A stretch of 46,617 bases of DNA from a virus. Taxonomy: Duplodnaviria > Heunggongvirae > Uroviricota > Caudoviricetes. Of this stretch, positions 35,479 through 46,323 are shown one piece after another. The stretch lies in IMG/VR virus record IMGVR_UViG_2541047681_000006; one strand, 5' to 3'. The notes beneath the pieces are model-generated. The model searched no databases. It was not told where the DNA came from and saw only the letters and a program-made list of their open reading frames with translations. Position 1 is the stretch's first letter. The number at the start of each line of letters is the position of its first letter. The translations under genes and the position numbers were made by a program.

Positions 35479-38032
35479 ACCGGTAGGCGATCTGGTCGTT
35501 GATTTAAGTCTGGATGCGGCCAGATTTGACGAGCAGATGGCCAGAGTCAGGCGTCATTTTTCCGGTACGGAAAGTGATGCGAAAAAAACAGCGGCAGTCG
35601 TTGAACAGTCGCTGAGCCGACAGGCGCTGGCTGCACAGAAAGCGGGGATTTCCGTCGGGCAGTATAAAGCCGCCATGCGTATGCTGCCTGCACAGTTCAC
35701 CGACGTGGCCACGCAGCTTGCAGGCGGGCAAAGCCCGTGGCTGATCCTGCTGCAACAGGGTGGTCAGGTTAAGGACTCCTTCGGCGGGATGATCCCCATG
35801 TTCCGGGGGCTTGCCGGTGCGATCACCCTGCCGATGGTCGGGGCCACCTCGCTGGCGGTGGCGACCGGTGCGCTGGCGTATGCCTGGTATCAGGGTAACT
35901 CAACCCTGTCCGATTTCAACAAAACGCTGGTCCTTTCCGGCAATCAGTCGGGTCTGACGGCAGATCGTATGCTGGTCCTGTCCAGAGCCGGGCAGGCGGC
36001 AGGGCTGACGTTTAACCAGACCAGCGAGTCACTCAGCGCACTGGTTAAGGCGGGAGTAAGCGGTGAGGCTCAGATTGCATCCATCAGCCAGAGTGTGGCG
36101 CGTTTCTCCTCTGCATCCGGCGTGGAGGTGGACAAGGTCGCTGAAGCCTTCGGGAAGCTGACCACTGACCCGACGTCGGGGCTGACGGCGATGGCGCGCC
36201 AGTTCCATAACGTAACGGCGGAGCAGATTGCGTATGTTGCTCAGTTGCAGCGTTCCGGCGATGAATCCGGGGCATTGCAGGCGGCGAACGAGGCCGCAAC
36301 GAAAGGGTTTGATGACCAGACCCGACGCCTGAAAGAGAACATGGGCACGCTGGAAACCTGGGCAGACAGGACAGCACGGGCATTCAAATCCATGTGGGAT
36401 GCGGTGCTGGATATTGGTCGTCCTGATACCGCTCAGGAGATGCTGATTAAGGCAGAGGCTGCGTTTAAGAAAGCGGACGACATCTGGAATCTGCGCAAGG
36501 ATGATTATTTTGTTAACGATGAAGCGCGGGCGCGTTACTGGGATGATCGTGAAAAGGCCCGTCTTGCGCTTGAAGCCGCCCGAAAGAAGGCTGAACAGCA
36601 GAGTCAACAGGACAAAAATGCGCAGCAGCAGAGCGATACCGAAGCATCACGGCTGAAATATACCGAAGAGGCGCAGAAGGCTTACGAACGGCTGCAGACA
36701 CCGCTGGAGAAATATACCGCCCGTCAGGAAGAACTGAACAAGGCACTGAAAGACGGGAAAATCCTGCAGGCAGATTACAACACGCTGATGGCGGCGGCGA
36801 AAAAGGATTATGAAGCGACGCTGAAAAAGCCGAAACAGTCCGGCGTGAAGGTGTCTGCGGGCGATCGTCAGGAAGACAGTGCTCATGCTGCCCTGCTGAC
36901 GCTTCAGGCTGAACTCCGGACGCTGGAGAAGCATGCCGGAGCAAATGAGAAAATCAGCCAGCAGCGCCGGGATTTGTGGAAGGCGGAGAGTCAGTTCGCG
37001 GTACTGGAGGAGGCGGCGCAACGTCGCCAGCTGTCTGCACAGGAGAAATCCCTGCTGGCGCATAAAGATGAGACGCTGGAGTACAAACGCCAGCTGGCTG
37101 CACTTGGCGACAAGGTTACGTATCAGGAGCGCCTGAACGCGCTGGCGCAGCAGGCGGATAAATTCGCACAGCAGCAACGGGCAAAACGGGCCGCTATTGA
37201 TGCGAAAAGCCGGGGGCTGACTGACCGGCAGGCAGAACGGGAAGCCACGGAACAGCGCCTGAAGGAACAGTATGGCGATAATCCTCTGGCGCTGAATAAC
37301 GTCATGTCAGAGCAGAAAAAGACCTGGGCGGCTGAAGACCTGCTTCGCGGGAACTGGATGGCAGGCCTGAAGTCCGGCTGGAGTGAGTGGGAAGAGAGTG
37401 CCACGGACAGTATGTCGCAGGTTAAAAGTGCTGCCACGCAGACCTTTGATGGTATTGCGCAGAATATGGCGGCGATGCTGACCGGCAGTGAACAGAACTG
37501 GCGCAGCTTCACCCGTTCCGTGCTGTCCATGATGACAGAAATTCTGCTTAAGCAGGCAATGGTGGGGATTGTCGGGAGTATCGGCAGCGCTATTGGCGGG
37601 GCTGTTGGTGGCGGCGCATCCGCGTCAGGCGGTACAGCCATTCAGGCCGCTGCGGCGAAACTCCATTTTGCAACCGGAGGATTTACGGGAACCGGCGGCA
37701 AATATGAGCCAGCGGGGATTGTTCACCGTGGTGAATTTGTCTTCACGAAGGAGGCAACCAGCCGGATTGGCGTGGGAAATCTCTACCGGCTGATGCGCGG
37801 CTATGCCACCGGCGGTTATGTCGGTGGCACCGGAAGTCCGGCGCAAATGCGGCGTTCAGAGGGTATCAGGTTTGAGCAGAACAACAACGTGGTGATTCAG
37901 AACGACGGTACGAATGGTCTGCCAGGTCCACAGATGATGAAGGCGGTGTATGACATGGCCCGCAAGGGTGCCCGTGATGAAATCCAGGCACAGATGCGCG
38001 ATGGTGGTCTGTTCTCCGGAGGTGGACGATGA
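35471..38032 (+). CDS. H: tail tape measure protein gpH
   Basis: 853-aa ORF, same length as and colinear with lambda H. Confidence 0.95.
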   Translation: MAEPVGDLVVDLSLDAARFDEQMARVRRHFSGTESDAKKTAAVVEQSLSRQALAAQKAGISVGQYKAAMRMLPAQFTDVATQLAGGQSPWLILLQQGGQVKDSFGGMIPMFRGLAGAITLPMVGATSLAVATGALAYAWYQGNSTLSDFNKTLVLSGNQSGLTADRMLVLSRAGQAAGLTFNQTSESLSALVKAGVSGEAQIASISQSVARFSSASGVEVDKVAEAFGKLTTDPTSGLTAMARQFHNVTAEQIAYVAQLQRSGDESGALQAANEAATKGFDDQTRRLKENMGTLETWADRTARAFKSMWDAVLDIGRPDTAQEMLIKAEAAFKKADDIWNLRKDDYFVNDEARARYWDDREKARLALEAARKKAEQQSQQDKNAQQQSDTEASRLKYTEEAQKAYERLQTPLEKYTARQEELNKALKDGKILQADYNTLMAAAKKDYEATLKKPKQSGVKVSAGDRQEDSAHAALLTLQAELRTLEKHAGANEKISQQRRDLWKAESQFAVLEEAAQRRQLSAQEKSLLAHKDETLEYKRQLAALGDKVTYQERLNALAQQADKFAQQQRAKRAAIDAKSRGLTDRQAEREATEQRLKEQYGDNPLALNNVMSEQKKTWAAEDLLRGNWMAGLKSGWSEWEESATDSMSQVKSAATQTFDGIAQNMAAMLTGSEQNWRSFTRSVLSMMTEILLKQAMVGIVGSIGSAIGGAVGGGASASGGTAIQAAAAKLHFATGGFTGTGGKYEPAGIVHRGEFVFTKEATSRIGVGNLYRLMRGYATGGYVGGTGSPAQMRRSEGIRFEQNNNVVIQNDGTNGLPGPQMMKAVYDMARKGARDEIQAQMRDGGLFSGGGR

Positions 38033-38358
38033 AAACCTTCCGCTGGAAAGTGAAACCCGGGATGGATGTGACATCGGCTCCTTCCGTCAGGGAGGTGCGC
38101 TTTGGTGATGGCTATTCCCAGCGTGCGCCTGCCGGGCTGAACGCTGACCTGAAAACGTACAGCGTGACGCTGTCTGTCTCCCGTGAGGAGGCCACGGCGC
38201 TGGAGTCGTTTCTGGCTGAGCACGGGGGCTGGAAGGCCTTTCTGTGGACGCCGCCTTATGGTTACAGGCAGATAAAGGTGACCTGCGCAAAATGGTCGTC
38301 GCGGGTCAGTATGCTGCGTGTTGAGTTCAGCGCAGAGTTTGAACAGGTGGTGAACTGA
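38029..38358 (+). CDS. M: minor tail protein gpM
   Basis: 109-aa ORF matching lambda M. Confidence 0.9.
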   Translation: MKTFRWKVKPGMDVTSAPSVREVRFGDGYSQRAPAGLNADLKTYSVTLSVSREEATALESFLAEHGGWKAFLWTPPYGYRQIKVTCAKWSSRVSMLRVEFSAEFEQVVN

Positions 38359-39056
38359 TGCAGGATATCCGGCAGGAAACATTGAATGAATGCACCCGTG
38401 CGGAGCAGTCGGCCAGCGTGGTGCTCTGGGAAATCGATCTGACAGAGGTCGGTGGAGAACGTTATTTTTTCTGTAATGAGCAGAACGAAAAAGGTGAGCC
38501 GGTCACCTGGCAGGGGCGACAGTATCAGCCGTATCCCATTCAGGGGAGTAGTTTTGAACTGAATGGCAAAGGCACCAGTACGCGCCCCACGCTGACGGTT
38601 TCTAACCTGTACGGTATGGTCACCGGGATGGTGGAAGATCTGCAGAGTCTGGTCGGCGGAACGGTGGTCAGGCGTAAGGTTTACGCCCGTTTTCTGGATG
38701 CGGTGAACTTCGTCAACGGAAACAGCGACGCCGATCCGGAGCAGGAGGTGATCAGCCGCTGGCGCATCGAGCAGTGCAGCGAACTGAGTGCGGTCAGTGC
38801 CTCCTTTGTACTGTCCACACCGACGGAAACGGATGGTGCCGTTTTTCCGGGGCGCATCATGCTGGCTAATACCTGCACCTGGACCTATCGCGGTGATGAG
38901 TGCGGTTATCACGGTCCGGCGGTCGCGGATGAATATGATCAGCCGACTTCCGATATCACGAAGGATAAATGCAGCAAATGCCTGAGCGGCTGTAAGTTTC
39001 GCAATAACGTCGGCAACTTTGGCGGCTTCCTTTCCATTAACAAACTTTCGCAGTAA
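38358..39056 (+). CDS. L: minor tail protein gpL
   Basis: 232-aa ORF matching lambda L (C-terminal Cys cluster). Confidence 0.9.
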   Translation: MQDIRQETLNECTRAEQSASVVLWEIDLTEVGGERYFFCNEQNEKGEPVTWQGRQYQPYPIQGSSFELNGKGTSTRPTLTVSNLYGMVTGMVEDLQSLVGGTVVRRKVYARFLDAVNFVNGNSDADPEQEVISRWRIEQCSELSAVSASFVLSTPTETDGAVFPGRIMLANTCTWTYRGDECGYHGPAVADEYDQPTSDITKDKCSKCLSGCKFRNNVGNFGGFLSINKLSQ

Positions 39057-39061
39057 ATCCC

Positions 39062-39805
39062 ATGACAGAGACAGAATCAGCGATTCTGGCGCATGCCCGG
39101 CGATGTGCGCCAGCGGAGTCGTGCGGCTTCGTGGTGAGAGCGCCGGAGGGGGAAAGATATTTTCCCTGCGTGAATATCTCCGGTGAGCCGGAGGCGTATT
39201 TCCGGATGGCTCCGGAGGACTGGCTGCAGGCAGAGATGCAGGGTGAGATTGTGGCGCTGGTCCACAGTCATCCCGGTGGTCTGCCCTGGCTGAGTGAGGC
39301 CGACCGGCGGCTGCAGGTGCAGAGTGATTTGCCGTGGTGGCTGGTCTGCCGGGGGGCGATTCATAAGTTCCGCTGTGTGCCGCATCTCACCGGGCGGCGC
39401 TTTGAGCACGGGGTGACGGACTGTTACACGCTGTTCCGGGACGCTTACCATCTGGCGGGGATTGAGATGCCGGACTTTCATCGTGAGGATGACTGGTGGC
39501 GTAACGGCCAGAATCTCTATCTTGATAATCTGGAGGCCACAGGGCTGTATCAGGTGCCGTTGTCAGCGGCGCAGCCGGGCGATGTGCTGCTGTGCTGCTT
39601 TGGTTCATCGGTGCCGAATCATGCCGCTATTTACTGTGGTGACGGCGAGCTGCTGCACCATATTCCTGAACAACTGAGTAAACGAGAGAGGTATACCGAC
39701 AAATGGCAGCGACGCACACACTCCCTCTGGCGTCACCGGGCATGGCGCGCATCTGCCTTTACGGGGATTTACAACGATTTGGCCGCCGCATCGACCTTCG
39801 TGTGA
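39062..39805 (+). CDS. K: tail assembly protein gpK (JAB/MPN + NlpC/P60-like)
   Basis: ORF matching lambda K (HSHPGG metalloprotease-like motif; Cys/His peptidase motifs); overlaps the start of I. Confidence 0.85.
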   Translation: MTETESAILAHARRCAPAESCGFVVRAPEGERYFPCVNISGEPEAYFRMAPEDWLQAEMQGEIVALVHSHPGGLPWLSEADRRLQVQSDLPWWLVCRGAIHKFRCVPHLTGRRFEHGVTDCYTLFRDAYHLAGIEMPDFHREDDWWRNGQNLYLDNLEATGLYQVPLSAAQPGDVLLCCFGSSVPNHAAIYCGDGELLHHIPEQLSKRERYTDKWQRRTHSLWRHRAWRASAFTGIYNDLAAASTFV

Positions 39806-40374
39806 AAACGGGGGCTGAAGCCATCCGCGCACTGGCCACACAGCTCCCGGTGTTTCGTCAGAAACTGAGCGACGGCTGGTATCAGGTACGGATTGCCGGG
39901 CGGGACGTCAGCACGTCCGGGTTAACGGCGCAGTTACATGAGACTCTGCCTGATGGCGCTGTGATTCATATTGTTCCCAGAGTCGCCGGGGCCAAGTCAG
40001 GTGGCGTATTCCAGATTGTCCTGGGGGCTGCCGCCATTGCCGGATCATTCTTTACCGCCGGAGCCACCCTTGCAGCATGGGGGGCAGCCATTGGGGCCGG
40101 TGGTATGACCGGCATCCTGTTTTCTCTCGGTGCCAGTATGGTGCTCGGTGGTGTGGCGCAGATGCTGGCACCGAAAGCCAGAACTCCCCGTACACAGACA
40201 ACGGATAACGGCAAACAGAACACCTATTTCTCCTCACTGGATAACATGGTTGCCCAGGGCAATGTTCTGCCGGTTCTGTACGGTGAAATGCGCGTGGGGT
40301 CACGCGTGGTTTCTCAGGAGATCAGCACGGCAGACGAAGGGGATGGTGGTCAGGTTGTGGTGATTGGTCGCTGA
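39703..40374 (+). CDS. I: tail assembly protein gpI
   Basis: 223-aa ORF matching lambda I. Confidence 0.9.
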   Translation: MAATHTLPLASPGMARICLYGDLQRFGRRIDLRVKTGAEAIRALATQLPVFRQKLSDGWYQVRIAGRDVSTSGLTAQLHETLPDGAVIHIVPRVAGAKSGGVFQIVLGAAAIAGSFFTAGATLAAWGAAIGAGGMTGILFSLGASMVLGGVAQMLAPKARTPRTQTTDNGKQNTYFSSLDNMVAQGNVLPVLYGEMRVGSRVVSQEISTADEGDGGQVVVIGR

Positions 40375-40434
40375 TGCAAAATGTTTTATGTGAAACCGCC
40401 TCCGGGCGGTTTTATCGTTTATGGAGCATGAGGA

Positions 40435-43400
40435 ATGGGTAAAGGCAGCAGTAAGGGGCATACCCCGCGCGAAGCGAAGGACAACCTGAAATCATCCCAG
40501 ATGCTGAGCGTGATAGACGCCATCAGCGAAGGGCCGGTTGAAGGTCCGGTGGATGGATTAAAAAGCGTGCTGCTGAACAGTACGCCGGTGCTGGACAGTG
40601 AGGGGAATACCAATATATTCGGCGTCACGGTGGTGTTCCGGGCCGGTGAGCAGGAGCAGACACCGCCGGAGGGATTTGAATCCTCCGGCTCCGAGACGGT
40701 GCTCGGTACAGAAGTGAAATATGACACGCCGATCACCCGGACCATCACGTCGGCAAACATTGACCGTCTGCGTTTTACTTTCGGCGTGCAGGCACTGGTG
40801 GAAACCACCTCAAAGGGGGACAGGAATCCATCGGAAGTCCGCCTGCTGGTTCAGATTCAACGTAACGGTGGCTGGGTGACGGAAAAAGACATCACCATTA
40901 AGGGCAAAACCACGTCGCAGTATCTGGCCTCGGTGGTGGTGGATAACCTGCCGCCGCGCCCGTTTAATATCCGGATGCGCAGGATGACGCCGGACAGCAC
41001 CACAGACCAGTTGCAGAACAAAACGCTCTGGTCGTCATACACCGAAATCATCGATGTGAAACAGTGCTACCCGAACACGGCACTGGTCGGCGTACAGGTG
41101 GACTCGGAGCAGTTCGGCAGCCAGCAGGTGAGCCGTAATTATCATCTTCGCGGGCGCATTCTGCAGGTGCCGTCGAACTATAACCCGCAGACGCGGCAAT
41201 ACAGCGGTATCTGGGACGGAACGTTTAAGCCAGCATACAGCAACAACATGGCCTGGTGTCTGTGGGATATGCTGACCCATCCGCGCTACGGCATGGGGAA
41301 ACGTCTTGGTGCGGCAGATGTGGATAAATGGGCGCTGTATGTCATCGGCCAGAATTGCGACCAGTCAGTGCCGGACGGCTTTGGCGGCACGGAGCCGCGC
41401 ATCACCTGTAATGCGTACCTGACCACACAGCGCAAGGCGTGGGATGTGCTCAGTGATTTTTGCTCGGCGATGCGCTGTATGCCGGTATGGAACGGGCAGA
41501 CGCTGACATTCGTGCAGGACCGACCGTCGGATAAGGTGTGGACCTATAACCGCAGTAATGTGGTGATGCCGGATGATGGCGCGCCGTTCCGCTACAGCTT
41601 CAGCGCCCTGAAAGACCGCCATAATGCCGTTGAGGTGAACTGGATTGACCCGGATAACGGCTGGGAGACGGCGACAGAGCTTGTGGAGGACACGCAGGCC
41701 ATTGCCCGTTACGGTCGTAACGTCACGAAGATGGATGCCTTTGGCTGTACCAGCCGGGGGCAGGCACACCGCGCCGGGCTGTGGCTGATTAAAACGGAGC
41801 TGCTGGAAACGCAGACCGTGGACTTCAGCGTGGGTGCAGAAGGGCTTCGCCATGTACCGGGCGATGTCATTGAAATCTGTGATGATGACTATGCGGGGAT
41901 CAGCATCGGCGGGCGCGTGCTGGCGGTGAACAACCAGACGCGGACACTGACGCTCGACCGTGAAATCACGCTGCCATCCTCCGGCACCACGCTGATAAGC
42001 CTGGCTGACGGACAGGGGAATCCGGTCAGCGTGGAGGTCCAGTCCGTCACCGACGGCGTGAAGGTAAAAGTGAGCCGTGTTCCTGACGGCGTTGCAGAAT
42101 ACAGCGTGTGGGGGCTGAAGTTGCCAACGTTGCGCCAGCGCCTGTTCCGCTGTGTGAGTATCCGTGAGAACGATGACGGCACGTATGCCATCACTGCCGT
42201 GCAGCATGTACCGGAAAAAGAGGCCATCGTGGATAACGGGGCGCACTTTGACGGCGACCAGAGCGGCACGGTGAATGGTGTCACGCCGCCAGCGGTGCAG
42301 CACCTGACTGCCGAAGTCACCGCAGACAGCGGGGAATATCAGGTGCTGGCGCGCTGGGACACGCCGAAGGTGGTGAAGGGGGTGAGCTTTATGCTTCGCC
42401 TGACCGTGGCAGCGGATGACGGCAGTGAGCGGCTGGTCAGCACGGCCCGGACGACGGAAACCACATACCGCTTCAGGCAACTGGCGCTGGGGAACTACAG
42501 GCTGACAGTCCGGGCGGTAAATGCGTGGGGGCAGCAGGGCGATCCGGCATCGGTATCGTTCCGGATTGCCGCACCGGCAGCGCCGTCGCAGATTGAGCTG
42601 ACACCGGGGTATTTTCAGATAACCGCCACGCCGCATCTTGCGGTTTATGATCCGACGGTACAGTTTGAGTTCTGGTTCTCGGAAAAGCGGATTGCGGATA
42701 TCAGGCAGGTTGAAACCACAGCACGCTATCTTGGCACGGCGCTGTACTGGATAGCCGCCAGTATCAATATCAAACCGGGCCATGATTATTATTTTTACAT
42801 CCGCAGTGTGAACACCGTTGGCAAATCGGCATTTGTGGAGGCTGTTGGCCAGCCGAGTGATGATGCATCCGGCTATCTGAATTTTTTCAAAGGAGAGATA
42901 GGGAAAACCCATCTGGCTCAGGAGTTGTGGACGCAGATTGATAACGGTCAGCTTGCGCCTGACCTGGCTGAAATCAGGACGTCCATTACGGGTGTCAGCA
43001 ATGAAATCACGCAGACCGTCAATAAGAAACTGGAAGACCAGAGTGCGGCAATTCAGCAGATACAGAAGGTTCAGGTTGATACAAATAATAACCTGAACAG
43101 CATGTGGGCTGTGAAGCTGCAGCAGATGCAGGACGGACGCCTTTATATCGCGGGTATTGGTGCCGGTGTTGAGAATACTCCTGACGGTATGCAGAGTCAG
43201 GTGCTGCTGGCGGCGGACAGGATTGCGATGATTAATCCTGCGAATGGCAACACAAAGCCGATGTTTGTTGGGCAGGGCGATCAGATATTCATGAACGAAG
43301 TGTTCCTGAAATATCTGACGGCTCCCACCATTACCAGCGGTGGCAATCCCCCAACGTTTTCACTGACACCTGATGGTCGACTTTCTGCGAAAAATGCGGA

Positions 43401-43917
43401 TATCAGCGGTAACGTGAACGCGAACTCCGGGACGCTCAACAACGTCACGATTAATCAGAACTGTCGGATTCTGGGAAAACTGTCAGCTAACCAGATTGAA
43501 GGTGATATTGTCAAAACGGTGGGAAAAGCCTTTCCGAGAAATGGCAGTTATGCCAGCGGTACAATAACGGTCACTGTGTACGATGACCAGGCTTTTGACC
43601 GTCAGATAGTAGTCCCCCCCGTTCTGTTTCGTGGGGGTAAGCATGAAAACTTCAACAGCAACAACCAACAGTCATACTGGTATTCAACCTGTAAGCTGCA
43701 GGTACTGAAGAACGGACAGGAAATCTTTCAGCAACCCGCGACGGATGTCAGCAGGGTATTTTCATCAGTCATTGATATGCCTGCCGGACACGGCCATGTC
43801 ACCCTGACTTTCAATGTTTCTTCATATGGTGCTAATAACTGGACGCCAACGACCAGTATCAGCGACCTTCTTGTTGTTGTGATGAAGAAATCTACAGCCG
43901 GTATCAGTATCAGTTGA
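40435..43917 (+). CDS. J: central tail fiber / host-specificity protein gpJ
   Basis: 1160-aa ORF; N-terminus matches lambda J ([22 protein letters not shown]...); fibronectin-III-like central region. Confidence 0.95.
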   Translation: MGKGSSKGHTPREAKDNLKSSQMLSVIDAISEGPVEGPVDGLKSVLLNSTPVLDSEGNTNIFGVTVVFRAGEQEQTPPEGFESSGSETVLGTEVKYDTPITRTITSANIDRLRFTFGVQALVETTSKGDRNPSEVRLLVQIQRNGGWVTEKDITIKGKTTSQYLASVVVDNLPPRPFNIRMRRMTPDSTTDQLQNKTLWSSYTEIIDVKQCYPNTALVGVQVDSEQFGSQQVSRNYHLRGRILQVPSNYNPQTRQYSGIWDGTFKPAYSNNMAWCLWDMLTHPRYGMGKRLGAADVDKWALYVIGQNCDQSVPDGFGGTEPRITCNAYLTTQRKAWDVLSDFCSAMRCMPVWNGQTLTFVQDRPSDKVWTYNRSNVVMPDDGAPFRYSFSALKDRHNAVEVNWIDPDNGWETATELVEDTQAIARYGRNVTKMDAFGCTSRGQAHRAGLWLIKTELLETQTVDFSVGAEGLRHVPGDVIEICDDDYAGISIGGRVLAVNNQTRTLTLDREITLPSSGTTLISLADGQGNPVSVEVQSVTDGVKVKVSRVPDGVAEYSVWGLKLPTLRQRLFRCVSIRENDDGTYAITAVQHVPEKEAIVDNGAHFDGDQSGTVNGVTPPAVQHLTAEVTADSGEYQVLARWDTPKVVKGVSFMLRLTVAADDGSERLVSTARTTETTYRFRQLALGNYRLTVRAVNAWGQQGDPASVSFRIAAPAAPSQIELTPGYFQITATPHLAVYDPTVQFEFWFSEKRIADIRQVETTARYLGTALYWIAASINIKPGHDYYFYIRSVNTVGKSAFVEAVGQPSDDASGYLNFFKGEIGKTHLAQELWTQIDNGQLAPDLAEIRTSITGVSNEITQTVNKKLEDQSAAIQQIQKVQVDTNNNLNSMWAVKLQQMQDGRLYIAGIGAGVENTPDGMQSQVLLAADRIAMINPANGNTKPMFVGQGDQIFMNEVFLKYLTAPTITSGGNPPTFSLTPDGRLSAKNADISGNVNANSGTLNNVTINQNCRILGKLSANQIEGDIVKTVGKAFPRNGSYASGTITVTVYDDQAFDRQIVVPPVLFRGGKHENFNSNNQQSYWYSTCKLQVLKNGQEIFQQPATDVSRVFSSVIDMPAGHGHVTLTFNVSSYGANNWTPTTSISDLLVVVMKKSTAGISIS

Positions 43918-43936
43918 ATTTTATAACCCAGATACG

Positions 43937-43964
43937 GGCGCCAGAAATGGCGCCTTTTTTATTT
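43937..43964 (+). terminator. intrinsic terminator after J
   Basis: GGCGCC-AGAAAT-GGCGCC stem-loop followed by TTTTTTATTT. Confidence 0.6.
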
Positions 43965-43975
43965 GTGGAGTGAAT

Positions 43976-46036
43976 ATGGCAGTACAGATTTCAGGCGTGC
44001 TGAAAGACGGTGCAGGAAAACCGATACAGAACTGCACCATTCAGCTCAAAGCAAAACGTAACAGCACCACGGTTGTGGTGAACACGGTGGCCTCAGAAAA
44101 TCCGGATGAAGCCGGACGTTACAGCATGGATGTCGAGTATGGCCAGTACAGCGTTATCCTGCTGGTTGAAGGTTTTCCGCCTTCACATGCCGGGGCCATC
44201 ACCGTGTATGAGGATTCTAAGCCGGGGACATTGAATGATTTTCTGGGCGCTGCAACAGAAGATGATGTTCGTCCGGAGGCACTGTATCGTTTTGAAAAGA
44301 TGGTGGAAGAGGTGGCACGCAACGCTGAAGCCGCCTCTCAGAGCGCAGCGGCAGCAAAGAAATCAGAAACAGCAGCGGCATCGTCCAGGAATGCGGCGAA
44401 AACATCAGAGACGAATGCAGGTAACAGCGCGAAAGCGGCAGCTTCTTCAAAAACAGCCGCACAAAACGCAGCAACAGCGGCAGAACGTTCAGAGACAAAT
44501 GCCCGTGCGTCAGAAGAAGCCTCCGCAGACAGTGAAGAGGCTTCCCGCCGTAATGCAGAGTCAGCCGCTGAAAATGCCGGAGTCGCCACCACAAAAGCGC
44601 GGGAGGCCGCAGCAGACGCAACAAAGGCCGGGCAGAAAAAGGATGAGGCTCTGTCGGCAGCGACACGGGCTGAAAAGGCGGCAGACCGCGCAGAAGTCGC
44701 AGCGGAAGTGACTGCAGAGCCCTATGCGAATATAGTGCCGCCGCTGCCTGATGTGTGGATACCGTTTAACGATTCACTGGATATGATTGCGGGTTTTTCT
44801 CCGGGCTATAAAAAAATAGCTATTGGTGACGATGTGGTTCAGGTCGCCAGTGATAAACAGGTTAATTTCAGTCGCGCATCAACGGCAACATATATCAACA
44901 AATCTGGCGAACTGAAAACGGCGGAAATTAATGAGCCGCGATTTGAGTGTGATGGCCTGCTTATTGAGGGACAAAGAACGAACTACATGCTCAATTCGGA
45001 AAGTCCAGCCAGCTGGGGGAAGTCATCAAACATGGATGTGCCCGAAACCGGGACAGATAGTTTTGGTTTTACTTATGGAAAGTTTGTCTGCAACGATTCT
45101 CTGGTTGGGCAAACTTCGGCTATTAATATGGCATCAATTGCTGCAACAAAGTCAGTTGATGTCTCAGGCGATAACAAGTACGTGACAACCTCATGCCGTT
45201 TTAAAACAGAACGACAGGTAAGGTTACGTATACGGTTTGATAAGTATGATGGTAGTGCAACAACTTTTCTTGGCGATGCGTACATTGATACGCAAACGCT
45301 TGAAATTAATATGACAGGTGGGGCTGCCGGCAGAATTACGGCACGAGTCAGGAAGGATAAGACCACAGGCTGGATTTTTGCAGAGGCAACGATTCAGGCA
45401 ATTGATGGTGAGTTAAAAATAGGCTCTCAGATACAGTATTCTCCTGAGCGGGGTGGGGCAACAGTATCTGGTGACTATATTTATCTTGCCACCCCACAAG
45501 TAGAGAATGGGCCGTGTGTATCATCATTTATTATTTCAGGAGGCAGCGCAACGACAAGAGCCAGTGATTTGGTTAGTATCCCCACCAGAAATAATCTTTA
45601 TAAGTTACCATTTACTTTTTTACTTGAGATTCATAAAAACTGGGATATTGCACCAAACGCCGCACCCCGCGTGTGGGATATAGCAGCAGCCAATACCGGG
45701 CAATCAGCAATTGCAGCAATCAACAGAGGTAGTGGTAAGTTATATATGAGTCTGTCAAACCCTTCAGGCTTGTATGTTAATAGCGCAGCGACAGATGTAT
45801 TTGCAGAGAAAACCACATTTGGATGTATTGCAAAAGCTGATGGTCACTTTCATGTGGTGACAAATGGTAAAGCGGTTAATGAAGTTTATTGTGAATATAA
45901 TGGTGTGACCGCTGATAAAAATATCCGATTTGGAGGGCAGACGAATACTGGAGAACGACATCTGTTTGGCCATATTCGCAATTTCCGCATATGGCATAAA
46001 GAATTAAATGACAGGCAATTAAAAGAGGTCGTATGA
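43976..46036 (+). CDS. stf: side tail fiber protein (Stf-like) with divergent C-terminal domain
   Basis: N-terminal ~90 aa match lambda Stf (MAVQISGVLKDGAGKPIQNCTIQLKA...); Ala-rich repetitive stalk; C-terminal ~400 aa not lambda-like. Confidence 0.8.
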   Translation: MAVQISGVLKDGAGKPIQNCTIQLKAKRNSTTVVVNTVASENPDEAGRYSMDVEYGQYSVILLVEGFPPSHAGAITVYEDSKPGTLNDFLGAATEDDVRPEALYRFEKMVEEVARNAEAASQSAAAAKKSETAAASSRNAAKTSETNAGNSAKAAASSKTAAQNAATAAERSETNARASEEASADSEEASRRNAESAAENAGVATTKAREAAADATKAGQKKDEALSAATRAEKAADRAEVAAEVTAEPYANIVPPLPDVWIPFNDSLDMIAGFSPGYKKIAIGDDVVQVASDKQVNFSRASTATYINKSGELKTAEINEPRFECDGLLIEGQRTNYMLNSESPASWGKSSNMDVPETGTDSFGFTYGKFVCNDSLVGQTSAINMASIAATKSVDVSGDNKYVTTSCRFKTERQVRLRIRFDKYDGSATTFLGDAYIDTQTLEINMTGGAAGRITARVRKDKTTGWIFAEATIQAIDGELKIGSQIQYSPERGGATVSGDYIYLATPQVENGPCVSSFIISGGSATTRASDLVSIPTRNNLYKLPFTFLLEIHKNWDIAPNAAPRVWDIAAANTGQSAIAAINRGSGKLYMSLSNPSGLYVNSAATDVFAEKTTFGCIAKADGHFHVVTNGKAVNEVYCEYNGVTADKNIRFGGQTNTGERHLFGHIRNFRIWHKELNDRQLKEVV

Positions 46037-46311
46037 AAGATTTAACTTTGAAGTTTCATGACAAACTGCAGTTTAAGGCCTTCCTGTCATCTCTTGACTG
46101 GGAGGAGGATGAAGACCTCCAGAATAAACTGTTAGTCGATGAAATTGGTTTCACCTACACAGAAACAGGGGTAACAGAAGAGGGAGAACCTGTCTGTGTC
46201 CGGAATGACGGTTATTTTGTCAACATTCGCATTCTTGATGACTTGTTTGATGTTTCTGTATTCTCTGATTATGTCGTGGAGCTGGAAACACCGCTTCGGG
46301 AATGGAGCTGA
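46033..46311 (+). CDS. hypothetical acidic protein downstream of stf
   Basis: 92-aa ORF overlapping the stf stop by 4 nt; does not resemble Tfa tail-fiber assembly proteins. Confidence 0.35.
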   Translation: MKDLTLKFHDKLQFKAFLSSLDWEEDEDLQNKLLVDEIGFTYTETGVTEEGEPVCVRNDGYFVNIRILDDLFDVSVFSDYVVELETPLREWS

Positions 46312-46323
46312 AAGGAGGAAATA

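Noticed and set aside
36029-37641. Several 100-190-aa minus-strand ORFs inside the tape measure gene
   Set aside because: Antisense to gpH, Arg/Pro/Ser-rich composition typical of spurious antisense frames.
41365-42912. 515-aa ORF on the minus strand
   Set aside because: Lies entirely antisense to the well-supported J gene; long open frame explained by high GC and codon bias of the sense strand; no recognisable features.
44300-44720. Ala/Ser/Glu-rich repetitive coding stretch in stf
   Set aside because: Low-complexity fibrous stalk of the tail-fibre protein in the correct frame, not a DNA tandem-repeat element or separate feature.
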